A DNA stretch of 64,000 nucleotides from Octopus sinensis (GCF_006345805.1 NC_043013.1:10788001-10852000); one strand, 5' to 3'; counted from the first letter of the stretch, positions 14,349 through 27,122 are shown. Numbers and translations: made by a program. Notes: generated from the sequence alone by a model not told the origin.

Positions 14349-14429
<81 letters not shown>

Positions 14430-14535
14430 CTCTATCTATCTCTATCTATCTATCATCTATCTATCTATCTCTATCTATCTATCTATCCTATCTATCTATC
14501 TATCTCTATCTCTCTATCTATCATCTCTATCTATC
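14254..14535. repeat. (TATC)n array 3' of the Tx1-like LINE
   Basis: Direct inspection. Same strand polarity as 11227-11699. Confidence 0.95.
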
Positions 14536-14596
14536 GGTGTCTGTCTTCTGTCTCTGTGTCCCTCTCTCTTTCTTTCACTCTAAGTTTAACCGTGTA

Positions 14597-14952
<356 letters not shown>

Positions 14953-15121
14953 AGAGAAAGAGAGAATATATAAATATGCATATTTAGACACACATGTGTA
15001 CATAAATGCGTATATATGTATATAGCAATGCATATATCAGTACAGGACGTTACAAAAACATGAAAAGACATGACATACGAAAATAATGTCGGGTACATAT
15101 AAAAACGAGGGAAACGAACTA

Positions 15122-15819
15122 CATCAGTTTAGTGTCCTAGGGTCCCGATGCAGTTTAGTGTCCTAGGGTCCAGGTGCAGTTTATTAACCTATGTTCCAAA
15201 TGCACCTGGGACACTAAACTGCATCAGAACCCTAGGGGACTAAACTACATTTGGACCCTAGGACACTAAACTGTATCTGGACCCTAGGACACTAACCTGC
15301 ATCTGGACCATACGACACGAAAGTGAACCTTGACCCTAGGAAATAAAGTGTACAAGGACCGTAGGACACTAAACTGCATGTAGACACTAGGACACTAAAG
15401 TGCATTTGGACCATAGGACACTAAACTGCATTTGGAGCATAGGATACTAAAACTGCCTCTGGACCATAGGACACTAAACTGCATGTGGATCGTAGGACAC
15501 TAAAGTGCATCAGGGCCATAGGACTCTAAACTGCATTAGGACCCTAGGACACTAAACTCCATCTGGACACTAGGGAACCAAAAAGAATCTGGACCACAGG
15601 ACACTAAAGTGCATCTAGACCATAGGAAACTAAAGTGCACCACGACCCTAGGACACTAAAGTGCATCATGATCCTAGGACTCTTAAGAGCATCAAGACCC
15701 TAGGAAACTGAGCAGCATCTGGATCCTAGGACACTAAACTGCATCTGGATCATAGGACACTAAAGTGCACCTGGACCCTAGGAAAACTAAAGTGCATCAG
15801 ACCAATAGGACACTAACCT
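15122..15819. repeat. 26-bp minisatellite (consensus GGACCCTAGGACACTAAACTGCATCT), about 23-24 forward units preceded by about 2.5 inverted units
   Basis: Unit periodicity is directly visible. 15122-15182 is the reverse complement of the unit. Confidence 0.9.
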
Positions 15820-16257
15820 GTAGCGGCAGACGAAATACCTATTTCTTTACTGCACACTAGGGTTTACACACAAAGGGGACAAACAAGGACAGACAAAGGG
15901 ATTAAGTTGATTACATCGACCCCAGTGCGTAACTGGTACTTATTTAATCGACCCCGAAAGGATGAAAGGCAAAGTCAACCTCGGCGGAGTTTGAACTCAG
16001 AACGTAGCGGCAGACGAAATACTTATTTTTTTACTACCCTCAAGGGGCTAAACACAGAGACGACAAACAAGGACAGACAAACGGATTAAGTCGATTATAT
16101 CGACCCCAGTGCGTAACTGGTACTTAATTTATCGATCCCGAAAGGATGAAAGGCAAAGTCGATCTCGACGGAATTTGAACTCAGAACGTAGCGGCAAATG
16201 AAATACGGCTACGCATTTCGCCCGGCGTGCTAACGTTTCTGCCAGCTCGCCGCCTTT
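15820..16257 (-). mobile_element. SINE family C, head plus two tandem 184-bp units
   Basis: The motif gtagcggca recurs at 15820, 16004 and 16188. The body aggtcgactttgcctttcatcctttcggggtcgataaa resembles, from memory, the Deu/Nin SINE domain. Confidence 0.85.
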
Positions 16258-18719
16258 GTAATTTTTGTTTCTGTTGCCGCTACTGCTCTTCAGCCTCACG
16301 TCTAACATAAGGTGTAGATCACTGCTGAGTTCCATTCAAACGATGATTATCTCTCACTTTCTCTTTATCAGTACTGTTAATATATATGAAAACATTGATT
16401 ATTGATTTTGTTTATTAATATTCTTTGACTGCGTATTCTTTTTGATGATGCAGAATGTATTTTCCATTTGCAGCAGGTGGTTGCGACTACATGGGGGCTT
16501 AGTAAAGTTTTCTTCAAAACGTATTCAATGAATGAATGAGAGAAAGAGAGAGAGATAGGGGGGAAGAGAGTGAAAGAGAGATAATGGGGTGAGGGTGTTT
16601 GGCTCGAGTACTTGAAGGGTACTGTATTGTCTCGAGTACTTGAATGGTACTTTATTTCAACGATCCCAGAACGATGAAAATCGAGGTTACCTCTCGGCGT
16701 GTTATAAACACAGAACACCGGACTAATATCACAAATACTCTAACGACTCATGAAATCAACCACTCAATGTGTCGATAGGTTCTGAGTTCAAATCATGCCG
16801 GCATCAATTTATATTTCCTCATTCCTAGGTAGATAAGCTACTTATTCGAATTAATCAATAAATTCCTTCCTATTCGCAACAAAATGTGTGGGCATATTTT
16901 TATAGCTATAATTTTACGGCATAGGTAAATGTAGTTGAAACATGAAGGTAGTTATTTGGTAAGTTCCGAAGATTACCAGACAAAATGAATGAAGTAGTTC
17001 TGTTACGTTTATTTAACTTCTGAGATCAAATCCAGCTGAGCTCAACTGCCAACTTCGCCTTTCTGCCTTCAGAGGTCGGCAAGTGATGTAACAGAAGTGG
17101 GACTTGTTCAGCGCTTTTATATTTTCTTCTTTTTTTTTTTTGAACCTACATGTGCCTTGATACATTAGACCTATTTTTCCCATGTAGAGGGTACTAGAAA
17201 CACAGTGACTGAGACAATTTTTCTGAAATTGTTAACGTATAATTTTGAGCGAGATTTGGCTACTATTTTTAGTAGGTTGATCTATACTGTGTTTGCTGTT
17301 GACGTCGGCATTTAAAACCATGTCGCACTTGATCGAGCTGACCAATGATCAAACTCAATACAGCCGTGACCATATCGACTTTTTGGTAATATCGAACATT
17401 GCATATTCTAATGTGCCCCTATTCATTATATTAAAACGAGTAAGGCTTGAATTTAAAGAATTCATGCTGCTATTTCTAGCAAACCGTATGGAAGTTGTTG
17501 TCGTGGCGCCGCTATTAATTTCGGTGGAGGTGGTATTAGTGGTCATGGCGGTGGTGGTGGCGGAAGTGGTAGTGGTGGTGGTGTTCACAGTTTTAGTTAA
17601 AGTTGGTTGGTGGCGGTGTTGGCGTTGCCGTTAAGCTCAGCTCGTATTGTTAAATTGAGATGGTTTAAACAATTTTCTTTGAAATGTTTTAAGAGAGAAT
17701 TAATAATCTGGAGCAATTTTCAAATTTTACTACCTCATGAGCAATTTTAAAACAACAACAACAACAGCAAATTTAACTACGAAAACAACAACAATTTTAA
17801 CAACAACAACAACAACGAATGCAACAACAAGTGTGATGATTGTATGAACGAAATTGAAGTGAAAGTAATGAATCGACTCGTTCCCCCTTCACACACTTTC
17901 CTTTGCTTCCTACATCTTTTAGTCAGTCGATGGACAGCTCGCTCTCGCTTCAGACTGTATATTGCATGTCTGATAGTGTACGGTACACGAGGGAGACATA
18001 TTGTCCCCCCCACAACAGTTATCTTTCCTTTATCACATTTAACCAGTTTAAGTCTCGCGAGCATCATAAACACTCACGTCGTATTTCCTACGAAAACTTT
18101 AATGGAAATATCTTCTTAGAGAGTGATAGAGAAATTGATTGGCTGGTTGTTCAGAAGACCTATCACATACGCACAAGCGTACACACAGAAGCACACAAGC
18201 ACACATACACACACAGACCTATAATACGTAAGACTCAACAAACATACACAAGGTGCATCCACTAATACCCATAATCATCCACACGTTTAAACACACTTGC
18301 TTACACATACACACACGCTTTCACGCATATATGCGAATAAACTTTCGGAAGAAGCATTTAATTTAAAGTAGTTTTGTTAGATATATTTGTATAGAAAGTG
18401 AGACGAAAATATTTATCACGAGAAGAGTGATGAAAGAAAATTTACAATGCAATCTAGCTATTGTGTTACTGGCAGCAGAATCAAGACAAGTGCACGCTAG
18501 GAGGGCGAATGAAGCTGTTCAAAGAGGTACACGAAAGAAGTTTGGAAAAGGTGGTGAAAATATGTATGGGTGGAGGAATCGTTGGAGAATAACCAACAAA
18601 GTTAGAGACAAATCTCCTATGCTGAAACACAACGTTTTGTCTGAAAGCGTAACCAATACCTTAACAGTAAGTGTAGACACAGGAAGTTTTGTTTTGTTCC
18701 TTGTCGAGCCACGCCTTGC

Positions 18720-18995
18720 TCATAAGGCCGGTTTCCCGGTTTCCTTAGCGTATAGGATCCCCACCCGGACGGGACGCCGGTCCGTCGTAGGTGAGCTGCA
18801 AGATGCAGGAGGAAAGAGTGAGAGAAAGCTGTGGCGAAAGAGTCAGCAGAAGTTTCGCCATTACCTTCTGCCGGAGCCGCGTGGAGCTTAGGTGTTTTCG
18901 CTCATAAACACACACATCACCCGGTCTGAGATTCGAACGCGCGATCCCTTGACCGCGAGTCCGCTGCTGTAACCACTAGGCCTTGTGCCTCCACA
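18720..18995 (-). mobile_element. SINE with a family A head and an alternative 3' tail
   Basis: The head matches 21914-22040. The tail (gaccggcgtcccgtccgggtgggga..gaaaccgggaaaccggcc) matches the tail of 20674-20920. Confidence 0.8.
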
Positions 18996-19660
18996 AGTCA
19001 CAGGAAGTAGAATGAAACGTCTAACAAAACATAAGACATCCCCGGGCTGCGGATGGAATTGTGGTTCCTGTATTGGACAACAGTGTCACGTGCCGGTCCA
19101 CAGAAGTTAAATCTCACGGTAATCATGTTTTATCCCGGGAAATTACCGGCATGAGCGATATAAATAAACAGGCGCACACACACACATACACACACAGAAA
19201 CGCACACACACATACATACATACATACATTCATACATATACACATGCATGCATGTACACATACATACAGTTCACGTTTATACTTGTAATTATTGGTGTAC
19301 TGGGATATGTAACACACTGCCTAAATACCAATCTTAAGAAATGAAGCCAGAAAGGCGAAAGCTGATTTGAAGACTACAGATCCAGTCCATCACTGGAACT
19401 GTAAAAATCTGTAAAACTTTCCAGAAGTTTCTCATTTAAGTATATATGAGCATGTCTTGATATGCGATTATATGCATGAAAATACGTACATAAAACATAC
19501 AAATCTGCACGTATACATACATACACACACACATAGATACATACATACCTACATACATGCATGCATACATACATACATACATACATAGTACATACATACA
19601 TACATACATACATACGTACATACGTACATACTTACATACATACATACATAAAAACATACA

Positions 19661-19692
<32 letters not shown>

Positions 19693-19815
19693 AAAATGCC
19701 TTGTTAATGTTGTTGAAATTCCAATGAAGGAGCCTTGGATCTAGAGTAGAAACTAGAATTTTCCCTATTGGCAAAAAATCTTGAAATAAAACTGAATAAT
19801 GAAATACACACATTC

Positions 19816-20080
19816 GTGAAGGCGCGTGGCTTAGTGGTTAGTGCATTCGACCCACGATCGTAAGGTCGTGAGTGACATTTTGCAGCTCGTTGTGACCTTG
19901 AGTCAGACATCTTATTTCTTGTTGCGCAAAAAGGAGCTGTCCCTGTAATTCACAAGGGATAGCCTTATCATATTCTATGTCGCATCGAATCTCCTCGTAA
20001 ATTACGTTAAGGTTACGCCTGTCTGTAGAGTGTTCAGCCACTTCCAAGTAAATCTCACGAGCAGGCTGTTCGGTTGAGCT
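19816..20080 (+). mobile_element. Decayed family A-related SINE
   Basis: tRNA-like head plus the tacgttaagg..gtgttcagccac..gagcaggctgttc tail. Confidence 0.7.
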
Positions 20081-20253
20081 TTTCAAATTGTCTGCCCGTT
20101 ATCGTAAGGAACGGAGGGCCAGGCGAAAAGGAAAAAAAGACCACTTGGTGTGATGATTGCATAGGGATTATATTTTGTAGATGAAGGGTTCACTCCACGA
20201 TGCAGCAAGAGAGAGACAAGATGTGGAAAGAGGAATGTTTAGGGAGTGCAAAC

Positions 20254-20285
<32 letters not shown>

Positions 20286-20520
20286 CACACACACACAACA
20301 CACACACACACACACATACACACACGTACAAAGACACACACGTATGTTTGTACGTATGTAGGTCCATACACAGGTCATTCGTCGATCGGTCGGTAGGTAA
20401 GTAGGTAAAGGTAAACAATTCTATTGCTCTTTGCTTTGGCTATTTAGAGTACCAAATAAAGTTATTTAGTTTAGTTTTCTATAAACTTTTATACATCGAC
20501 TATATAAATTATATATATAT

Positions 20521-20559
<39 letters not shown>

Positions 20560-20560
20560 C

Positions 20561-20640
<80 letters not shown>

Positions 20641-20673
20641 GTGTGTGTGTTCGCGCGCGTGAGTGTATGTGTG

Positions 20674-20920
20674 TGGAGGCGCGTGGCTAAGTGGTTAGGG
20701 TGTCAGCACCATGATCGTAAGATTGTGGTTTCGATTCCTGCACCGGGCGACGCGTTGTGTTCTTGAGCAAAACACTTCATTTCACGTTGCTCCAGTCCAC
20801 TCAGCTGGCGAAATTGAGAAACGCTGCGATGGACTAGCGTCCCGTCCAGCTGGGGAACACATACGCCATAGAAACCGGGAAACCGGGCCCATGGGCCTGG
20901 CTAGGCTTGAAAAGGGCGCA
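20674..20920 (+). mobile_element. tRNA-derived SINE, CORE-like middle, alternative tail
   Basis: tggctaagtggttagg A box, gtttcgattcc B box, gtgttcttgagcaaaacactt middle. Confidence 0.8.
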
Positions 20921-20950
20921 TCAAAGGATATTATATATATATGTATATAT

Positions 20951-20999
<49 letters not shown>

Positions 21000-21041
21000 A
21001 GATTAGCTCGTATACGAGTGGGTATATACTTGTAAAAAAGA

Positions 21042-21561
21042 TATATATAAAAAAGATAGTTCATGCTATCAAATATAAAAAATTCATATATAATAAAAAA
21101 TTCATATATAGTGAAGCGATGACTTTGATGACGTCCCGTTCCGCTGGACCAGCCACCTAACAGGTGATATAAAACCCAAACATTTCACAAGATTCACCAG
21201 AACTATTCGAACAGACACCAACCAAGAGTCATCACAGTTGCTCCCATTGGAACACAAGGTAAAACCTAAAATGAATTCCTCGCTTTTTCAAGAACATGAA
21301 TTTTTTATATTGAATGCATATCACCACTATGAACTACTACATCATACTCTTTAAACATATAGCATGGACTCGCTTCACTATATATGAATTTTTTATTATA
21401 TATGAATTTTTTATATTTGATAGCATGAACTATCTTTTTTATATATAATTTTTTTTTGATAAGGTTCGTCATTTCAAGAACCGAAACATGTTAAATAAAT
21501 AATGTATATATAAAAATCAAAAATTTGTCTAATATAGCAGCATTTTCAAACTTCATTTTTT

Positions 21562-21566
<5 letters not shown>
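21042..21566 (+). mobile_element. Foldback element with perfect 78-bp inverted arms (21042-21119 / 21370-21447), PLE-like ORF end and adjacent hammerhead
   Basis: The arms are exact reverse complements by eye. The interior frame reads ..LLPLEHKVKPKMN.. (PLE C-terminal KPxLN-like). A hammerhead fold follows at 21448-21500, and (TA)n lies close on both sides. Confidence 0.65.
21448..21500 (+). ncRNA. Hammerhead candidate with U3-A8 core (family beta)
   Basis: ttt-TTGATAA-GGTTC (10-nt loop) GAACC-GAA-ACATGT-T-AAA: palindromic stem III; stem I is 3 bp + mismatch + 4 bp. Confidence 0.65.
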
Positions 21567-21645
<79 letters not shown>

Positions 21646-21913
21646 GTTTATATTGAGGTGTCCAAAATTTATACTGGATTATTCAATATACGTGATATAC
21701 CGTAGATTCTTGCATGAACGAATAAGTACAGATTAGTCTCATACTGCTATCGTCCTTAGTCTTTTGCACATGACTTATAGTAAGATGCTTGAGTGAAATG
21801 CACATACAAACGTTTTCATATTCGAGTTCAAATCCGGTGGAACGTAATAAGTGTGAATAAATACATCATTGATTTTATTCTTGCTGTTTAGCTTATTGGT
21901 AATAGTTCGGAAG

Positions 21914-22296
21914 TGGAGGCGCAATGGCCCAGTGGTTAGGGCAGCGGACTCGCGGTCATAGGATCGCGGTTTCGATTCCCAGACCGGGCGTTGTGAGTGT
22001 TTATTGAGCGAAAACACCTAAAGCTCCACGAGGCTCCGGCAGGGGATGGTGGTAATCCCTGCTGTACTCTTTCACCACAACTTTCTCTCACACTTACTTC
22101 CTGTTTCTGTTGTACCTGTATTTCATAGGGCCAGCCTTTTCACACTCTGTGTCACGCTGAATATCCCCGAGAACTACGTTAAGGGTACACGTGTCTGTGG
22201 AGTGTTCAGCCACTTACACGTTAATTTCATGAGCAGGCTGTTCCGTTGATTCGGATCAACCGGAACCCTCATCGTCGTAACCGACGGAGTGCTTCC
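21914..22296 (+). mobile_element. tRNA-derived SINE family A, full length, with 13-bp TSD
   Basis: A box TGGCCCAGTGG and B box GTTTCGATTCC. TSD aatagttcggaag at 21901-21913 and 22297-22309. About 95% similar to 27123-27506 by eye. Confidence 0.9.
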
Positions 22297-23397
22297 AATA
22301 GTTCGGAAGCAACTTGTTACACATTGGCACGCTTCAGCAAATATTTTATTTGTTAAATTCTATATTAACGATAGTTTTAATACAGCTTCGGAATTCTGGA
22401 GGGTGTATCTCAATGAAGTGTCGTAATCGTGTGGAAAGCGGTGACTCAGAGTCCGTATGTCGCTGAATCGTGTGTGGTGTTAGGGTATATCATTTAATGT
22501 TGTTTTCCGAAGACAAAACATAATAGCGAATAGCGCATCTAAGTTGAAAACTGCTGGAATACTCCAGGATTGGATATACACATGATATATTCCTTAAAGT
22601 CTGAGCCGCTAAACATACACGAGCCATTAGGAGAATAACTTATATATTCAAGTCTTTTAACATCACAGGCCGTAGTTTAACCCTTTCCAGAAGGATTGCC
22701 ACATATGCGCATTTTTATCGCTTCTATGAATTCAGATTCTGTGAGGTTAGTCTTTGCCCATAGATGCAATCATGTTCACCAGAAGATTTTATTGTGACTT
22801 GATTTAGATGATCAGCAAACCATTGAAAAATACAGAACACGTCTTAAAAACAACTTTTATCTTTTTACATATTTCAATTCATGATTACATCATGTACATA
22901 AAACCCCTCACTAAACAAGTTTTTTGAAACCATTTTTTTTGTCTCCACATACATATTCCCTTTCCCTTACCGAAAGCTGAACAGTTAACTCCCTTGCCCA
23001 CAACAATAACAATAATAACTATAACCAATTACCTCCACTTATTTTTCTACTTGTGAAGTAATTCATTCGTAAATATCATCAAACACAACATGGACAAAAT
23101 TTCTTCTTAAGAAAATACATATTCAAATAAGTAAACCATAAACCATAATATCATGAATAGCGAAATCGAAACCGGTCGATATATTAAAAATTATATAAAA
23201 AATAGGTAAAGTGTGTGCATTTTCCTTTTTTAATTTCTTATATACATTACAACTCACCACGTGGGGATAATCGAAATTCCCCCTTTCCTGTTACTAGTAT
23301 ATAAATCGTTTTTGAATTTGGTTTGCAAGATATATGAGTTCGTGTGTTGAAGCATCCCCAGACACAACAGTTTATATATATATATACATATATATAT

Positions 23398-23480
<83 letters not shown>

Positions 23481-23481
<1 letters not shown>

Positions 23482-24383
23482 TGGTTCATCCCATAAATAA
23501 TGCATTTATATGTTATACTTATTTGATTTTTCAAAATTGAAATAAACAAAGTTCTTTTTTAATCTAAAATATACTCTCCTTCATTTTCAACAATGCTCTT
23601 CCATCTATCTAGTAGACTTACAAAATTCAATTGTCCATGACGAGACATACATACTCCTCCAGTACTGTACTTACGTCGATTACAGAATTCATATTTTTTC
23701 CGTCCAAATGATTTTTAAGACTGCTGAATAAATGATAATCAGATGGGGCAATGCCGGCGAATATGGTGGATAGGACATCGTTTCCAATTCAAAGTATCCC
23801 AACCTTTGGAATGTCATCCTCGCTGTATGTGATCGAGCATTATCCTGATGGAAGAACACCATTCGTCTTGAAACGAAAGAGGGTCATTTTTCTTCTAGCG
23901 CTGACTTGAATGACTGGTTGAATGACCAGTTCGAAGCTTCTCTGCTAGTTCCTCAACATTTATGGTGGGATTCTGTTCCAACAGAGATTGCAGGACGTCC
24001 TCGTCGAGCTCTACAGATCTTCCACGATGAGGCTCATCTTCTAGGCTGTGATTTCTGGCTCGGAATTTCTGAACCACAGTTGACACTGGCTTACATACAC
24101 TTAGTGTCCTATGTCCACTTGCACTTTCCGTAGCCTTGTTGCCTTTATTGAACTCATGAAGCGAAATATGCCGAATATGCTCCTTCGTCACTTCCATTAT
24201 AGATTTGAAAAAAACAAAAATAACTGTTAAAATCGAACTGCACTCTTCAAAACTGACACTAAGAATAAGGCGAATGTAAAATTAATTTCTGCTTTTATAG
24301 CCAGTTGATGCAGGTAGTTTAACCAGTCTCCGACTTTTAGTTCATGGAATTGAAAAAACTGCATTATTTATGGAATGACCCAA
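23481..24383 (-). mobile_element. Internally deleted mariner (DD34D-type) transposon
   Basis: TIRs ttggttcatcccataaataatgc (23481-23503) and gcattatttatggaatgacccaa (24361-24383). N-terminal HTH MEVTKEHIRH..LEDEPHRGRSVELD; C-terminal FHQDNARSHTA..YPPYSP..PSDYHLF. Confidence 0.88.
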
Positions 24384-24424
24384 TGTGTATATGTTTTTAT
24401 TCCTCTCCTTGTTTTTCTGTGTCC

Positions 24425-24460
24425 CTTTCTGTAGAAGAGCGTAGGCTCGAAACGTAAAAG
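24425..24460 (+). ncRNA. Variant hammerhead candidate (family gamma-1) in a ~150-bp element 24400-24550 ending at (TA)n
   Basis: CTTT-CTGTAGA A-GAGC GTAG GCTC-GAA-ACGT-A-AAAG. Confidence 0.55.
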
Positions 24461-24547
24461 ACTTTTTCTATTCCTGAGCGTTATACTAATACATCTGTTT
24501 GTTTTGTACACCACCTGTCTTCATCTTTTGTTTTTTTCATAAACTCT

Positions 24548-24592
<45 letters not shown>

Positions 24593-24595
24593 GAG

Positions 24596-24630
<35 letters not shown>

Positions 24631-25256
24631 AGACAGAGAAAGGGATTTATAATAGTATAAAATATAATTATAATTAAGGGTATTGAAGGTACTATGCCTA
24701 CGATGAAAATAGAAGCCAAATCGTCAACCACTTATAAATTACCACTTTTACCGTACACAATGTATTGAAACGGAGGAAGTAGGCTCGCAGAAATTCATAA
24801 ATTATTTAGTCTTGGATTCCTCAATTTCTGGATTAGCCCAATAACGTTTCCTCATCAGCAAGACACACTTAAAGAAATAAATAAAATACTTATACATACC
24901 CATAGTAAAGAAAACGCAAAAATACGGTTACATACCAGTACCACAAATACATCCGCCACGTATTTCGCAGTCTTCCTCAGCACGTGTGTATGTGGTCAGA
25001 GTAGTACAAAAGTGTCTAGACTGGCCCGAAGTGATTGGAAATTTTTCAATTATAATTATAATAAAGGACAAAACTGTTAAAGATTTTATCAGTGGCCAGC
25101 ATCTAAGAAATCTCTGTATATGAATTCACCTTAGCAAGTCTATATTATATGCTGCCCTCTGATAAAATCTTTAACGGCCTTATCCTTTATGATATATATA
25201 TATATGTGCGTGTGTGTGTGTATGTATATGTATACACACACACACACACACGCACT

Positions 25257-25294
<38 letters not shown>

Positions 25295-25640
25295 CACGCT
25301 TATGCATATACACATGTATTTGTGCGTATATATATGTGTGTACCTAACTATATACCTATCTGTCTACCTCTCGCTTCCTCTCTGTCTTTCTCTATTTCTC
25401 TCTCTATGTATATACATATGGAGAGAGACAGGAATAGACAGGCAGGCAGGAAGGCAGACAGACAGACAGACATATATATATATATATAGATCAATAAATG
25501 GTGGGGTTGCGTTGACCGCACGTGGAGAAATGATAAGTAAGGAAAATTTGTACATTTTTATCATTATTCTTTTACAAAAAACAATGCAATTTTCTTTTTT
25601 TCCCCTTTCTAATTTTTAAAATAACTTCTTAAAACATAAA

Positions 25641-25681
25641 TATTCTTGACAAGTCATACAATGACGAAAACCGGTTGAATA
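25641..25681 (+). ncRNA. Hammerhead candidate with U3-A8 core (family beta)
   Basis: TATTC-TTGACAA-GTCAT ACA ATGAC-GAAA-ACCGGT-T-GAATA: perfect 5-bp stems I and II, palindromic stem III, one extra A after G12. Confidence 0.6.
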
Positions 25682-25770
25682 AATATATATTTATATATTT
25701 TATCATTTTCTCATTTTATTAAATTTTCTTTCATTTGAGCATCTGCATTAAAAAAAAATTTTTCCTTACT

Positions 25771-25819
<49 letters not shown>

Positions 25820-26254
25820 AACATACACGTATATATAACGTAACAACCTTAAATCTGTCATATATGTATCCTATCATTACATCAGTAATATGTTAAGAGT
25901 TATTGTATTATGGTGTAGTTTCATGCTGCCTTAAATTTAAGCCACAATTTGACGTCAATATAATAGATATTCCTATATAATAACACAGTGAATTTACAGT
26001 CACTTTGTTCAGGAAAAATATACAAAAGCAATATTTTTCATTGGTGAATTCACCCAAAACTCTTTCTGTCTCCATCATACGTTCTCCATAATACTTCATA
26101 CTAACTAACACACTTATCTCCCCTTGTCTTTCTAATCCCGATGTTCTTAACAAAGCTTGTGCCATAAATATCGTCTTCGTTTTCACACCGCGCTACACGT
26201 GCTCAGAATTCAGATATTCTTGTTCGTGTTTCTACAGAATAGTCGCTCTTGCCA

Positions 26255-26291
<37 letters not shown>

Positions 26292-26694
26292 ATTCCTTTC
26301 TCTTATTGCCTTTCTCACTTTATCCTCGACTACAATGCAATCGTGACTGACGCGGAATCGTTAAGTTGCATTTATTAATATTTATTTGACGATACCTTCA
26401 TCTTTTGCGGAATGTTGCATCGGAAGGAATTTGGATGAACTAGGTGTGAGAAAAAAAAAAAGTTCTATTGTTTCATGCTGAACTCTTAAAATATAACATC
26501 CATTGGTATTCTGACAAGAAACCAAACCTTTAAAGACTTTAAGCATTCTACATTAACGTCTGTTTCCAAAATGATTCTTCTTAGAAACAAAGCTAAAATT
26601 TACTGCAAAATTTGGGGTATTGCGGGTAGTTAGGGGTAAACCTGAGGTAAAATCGATGCAATAGCGAATAAAAGTCCACGCTACGTCCACTAAT

Positions 26695-27072
26695 AGGCGC
26701 AGCGTGGCTGTGAGGTAACAAGCTTGCTTCCCACCCTCATAATTCTAGGTTCAGTCCCACTGCGTGGCATATGCGGAAAGTGATTTCTACTATAGCTCGG
26801 AGGAACCAAAGCCTTGTGAGTGGATTTGGCAAAAGGAAATTGAAAGAAGTCCGTCGTATATGTGTGAGTGAGTGAGTGTGAGTGTGTTTCTTTCTGTGTT
26901 TCTCTCCCCATCACCGCTTGACAACCGGTGTTGATGAGTTTGCATCCCCGGCAAAATAAACCGATAGGATAAGTATCAGGCTTAAAAAATAAGTACGGGG
27001 GTTGATTCATTTGACTATAAATTCACGTCGGTGTCCCAGCATGGTCGCAGATTCCTGACTGAAAAAAATAAG
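26695..27072 (+). mobile_element. SINE family B, full length
   Basis: Head, internal (GT/GAGT)n and tail all present. Confidence 0.85.
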
Positions 27073-27122
27073 GTAACGTTTTTTCTCATGCTGTTTTACA
27101 TGTTTACATAAAATGAGTATTG

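Noticed and set aside
15122-15819. CRISPR-like appearance of the 26-bp repeat
   Set aside because: Units are contiguous with no unique spacers, and the context is eukaryotic.
21914-21990. tRNA-like sequences (also 27123, 20674, 18995, 8938)
   Set aside because: They are SINE heads continuous with SINE bodies and lack a complete acceptor stem; not tRNA genes.
22560-22770. Minus-strand LTESEFIEAIKMRICG, reminiscent of an R2/NeSL C-terminus
   Set aside because: A single short motif with no supporting neighbours.
24843-24858. Minus-strand CTGATGAGGAAACGTT, a hammerhead core look-alike
   Set aside because: No stem II, and stem I does not pair.
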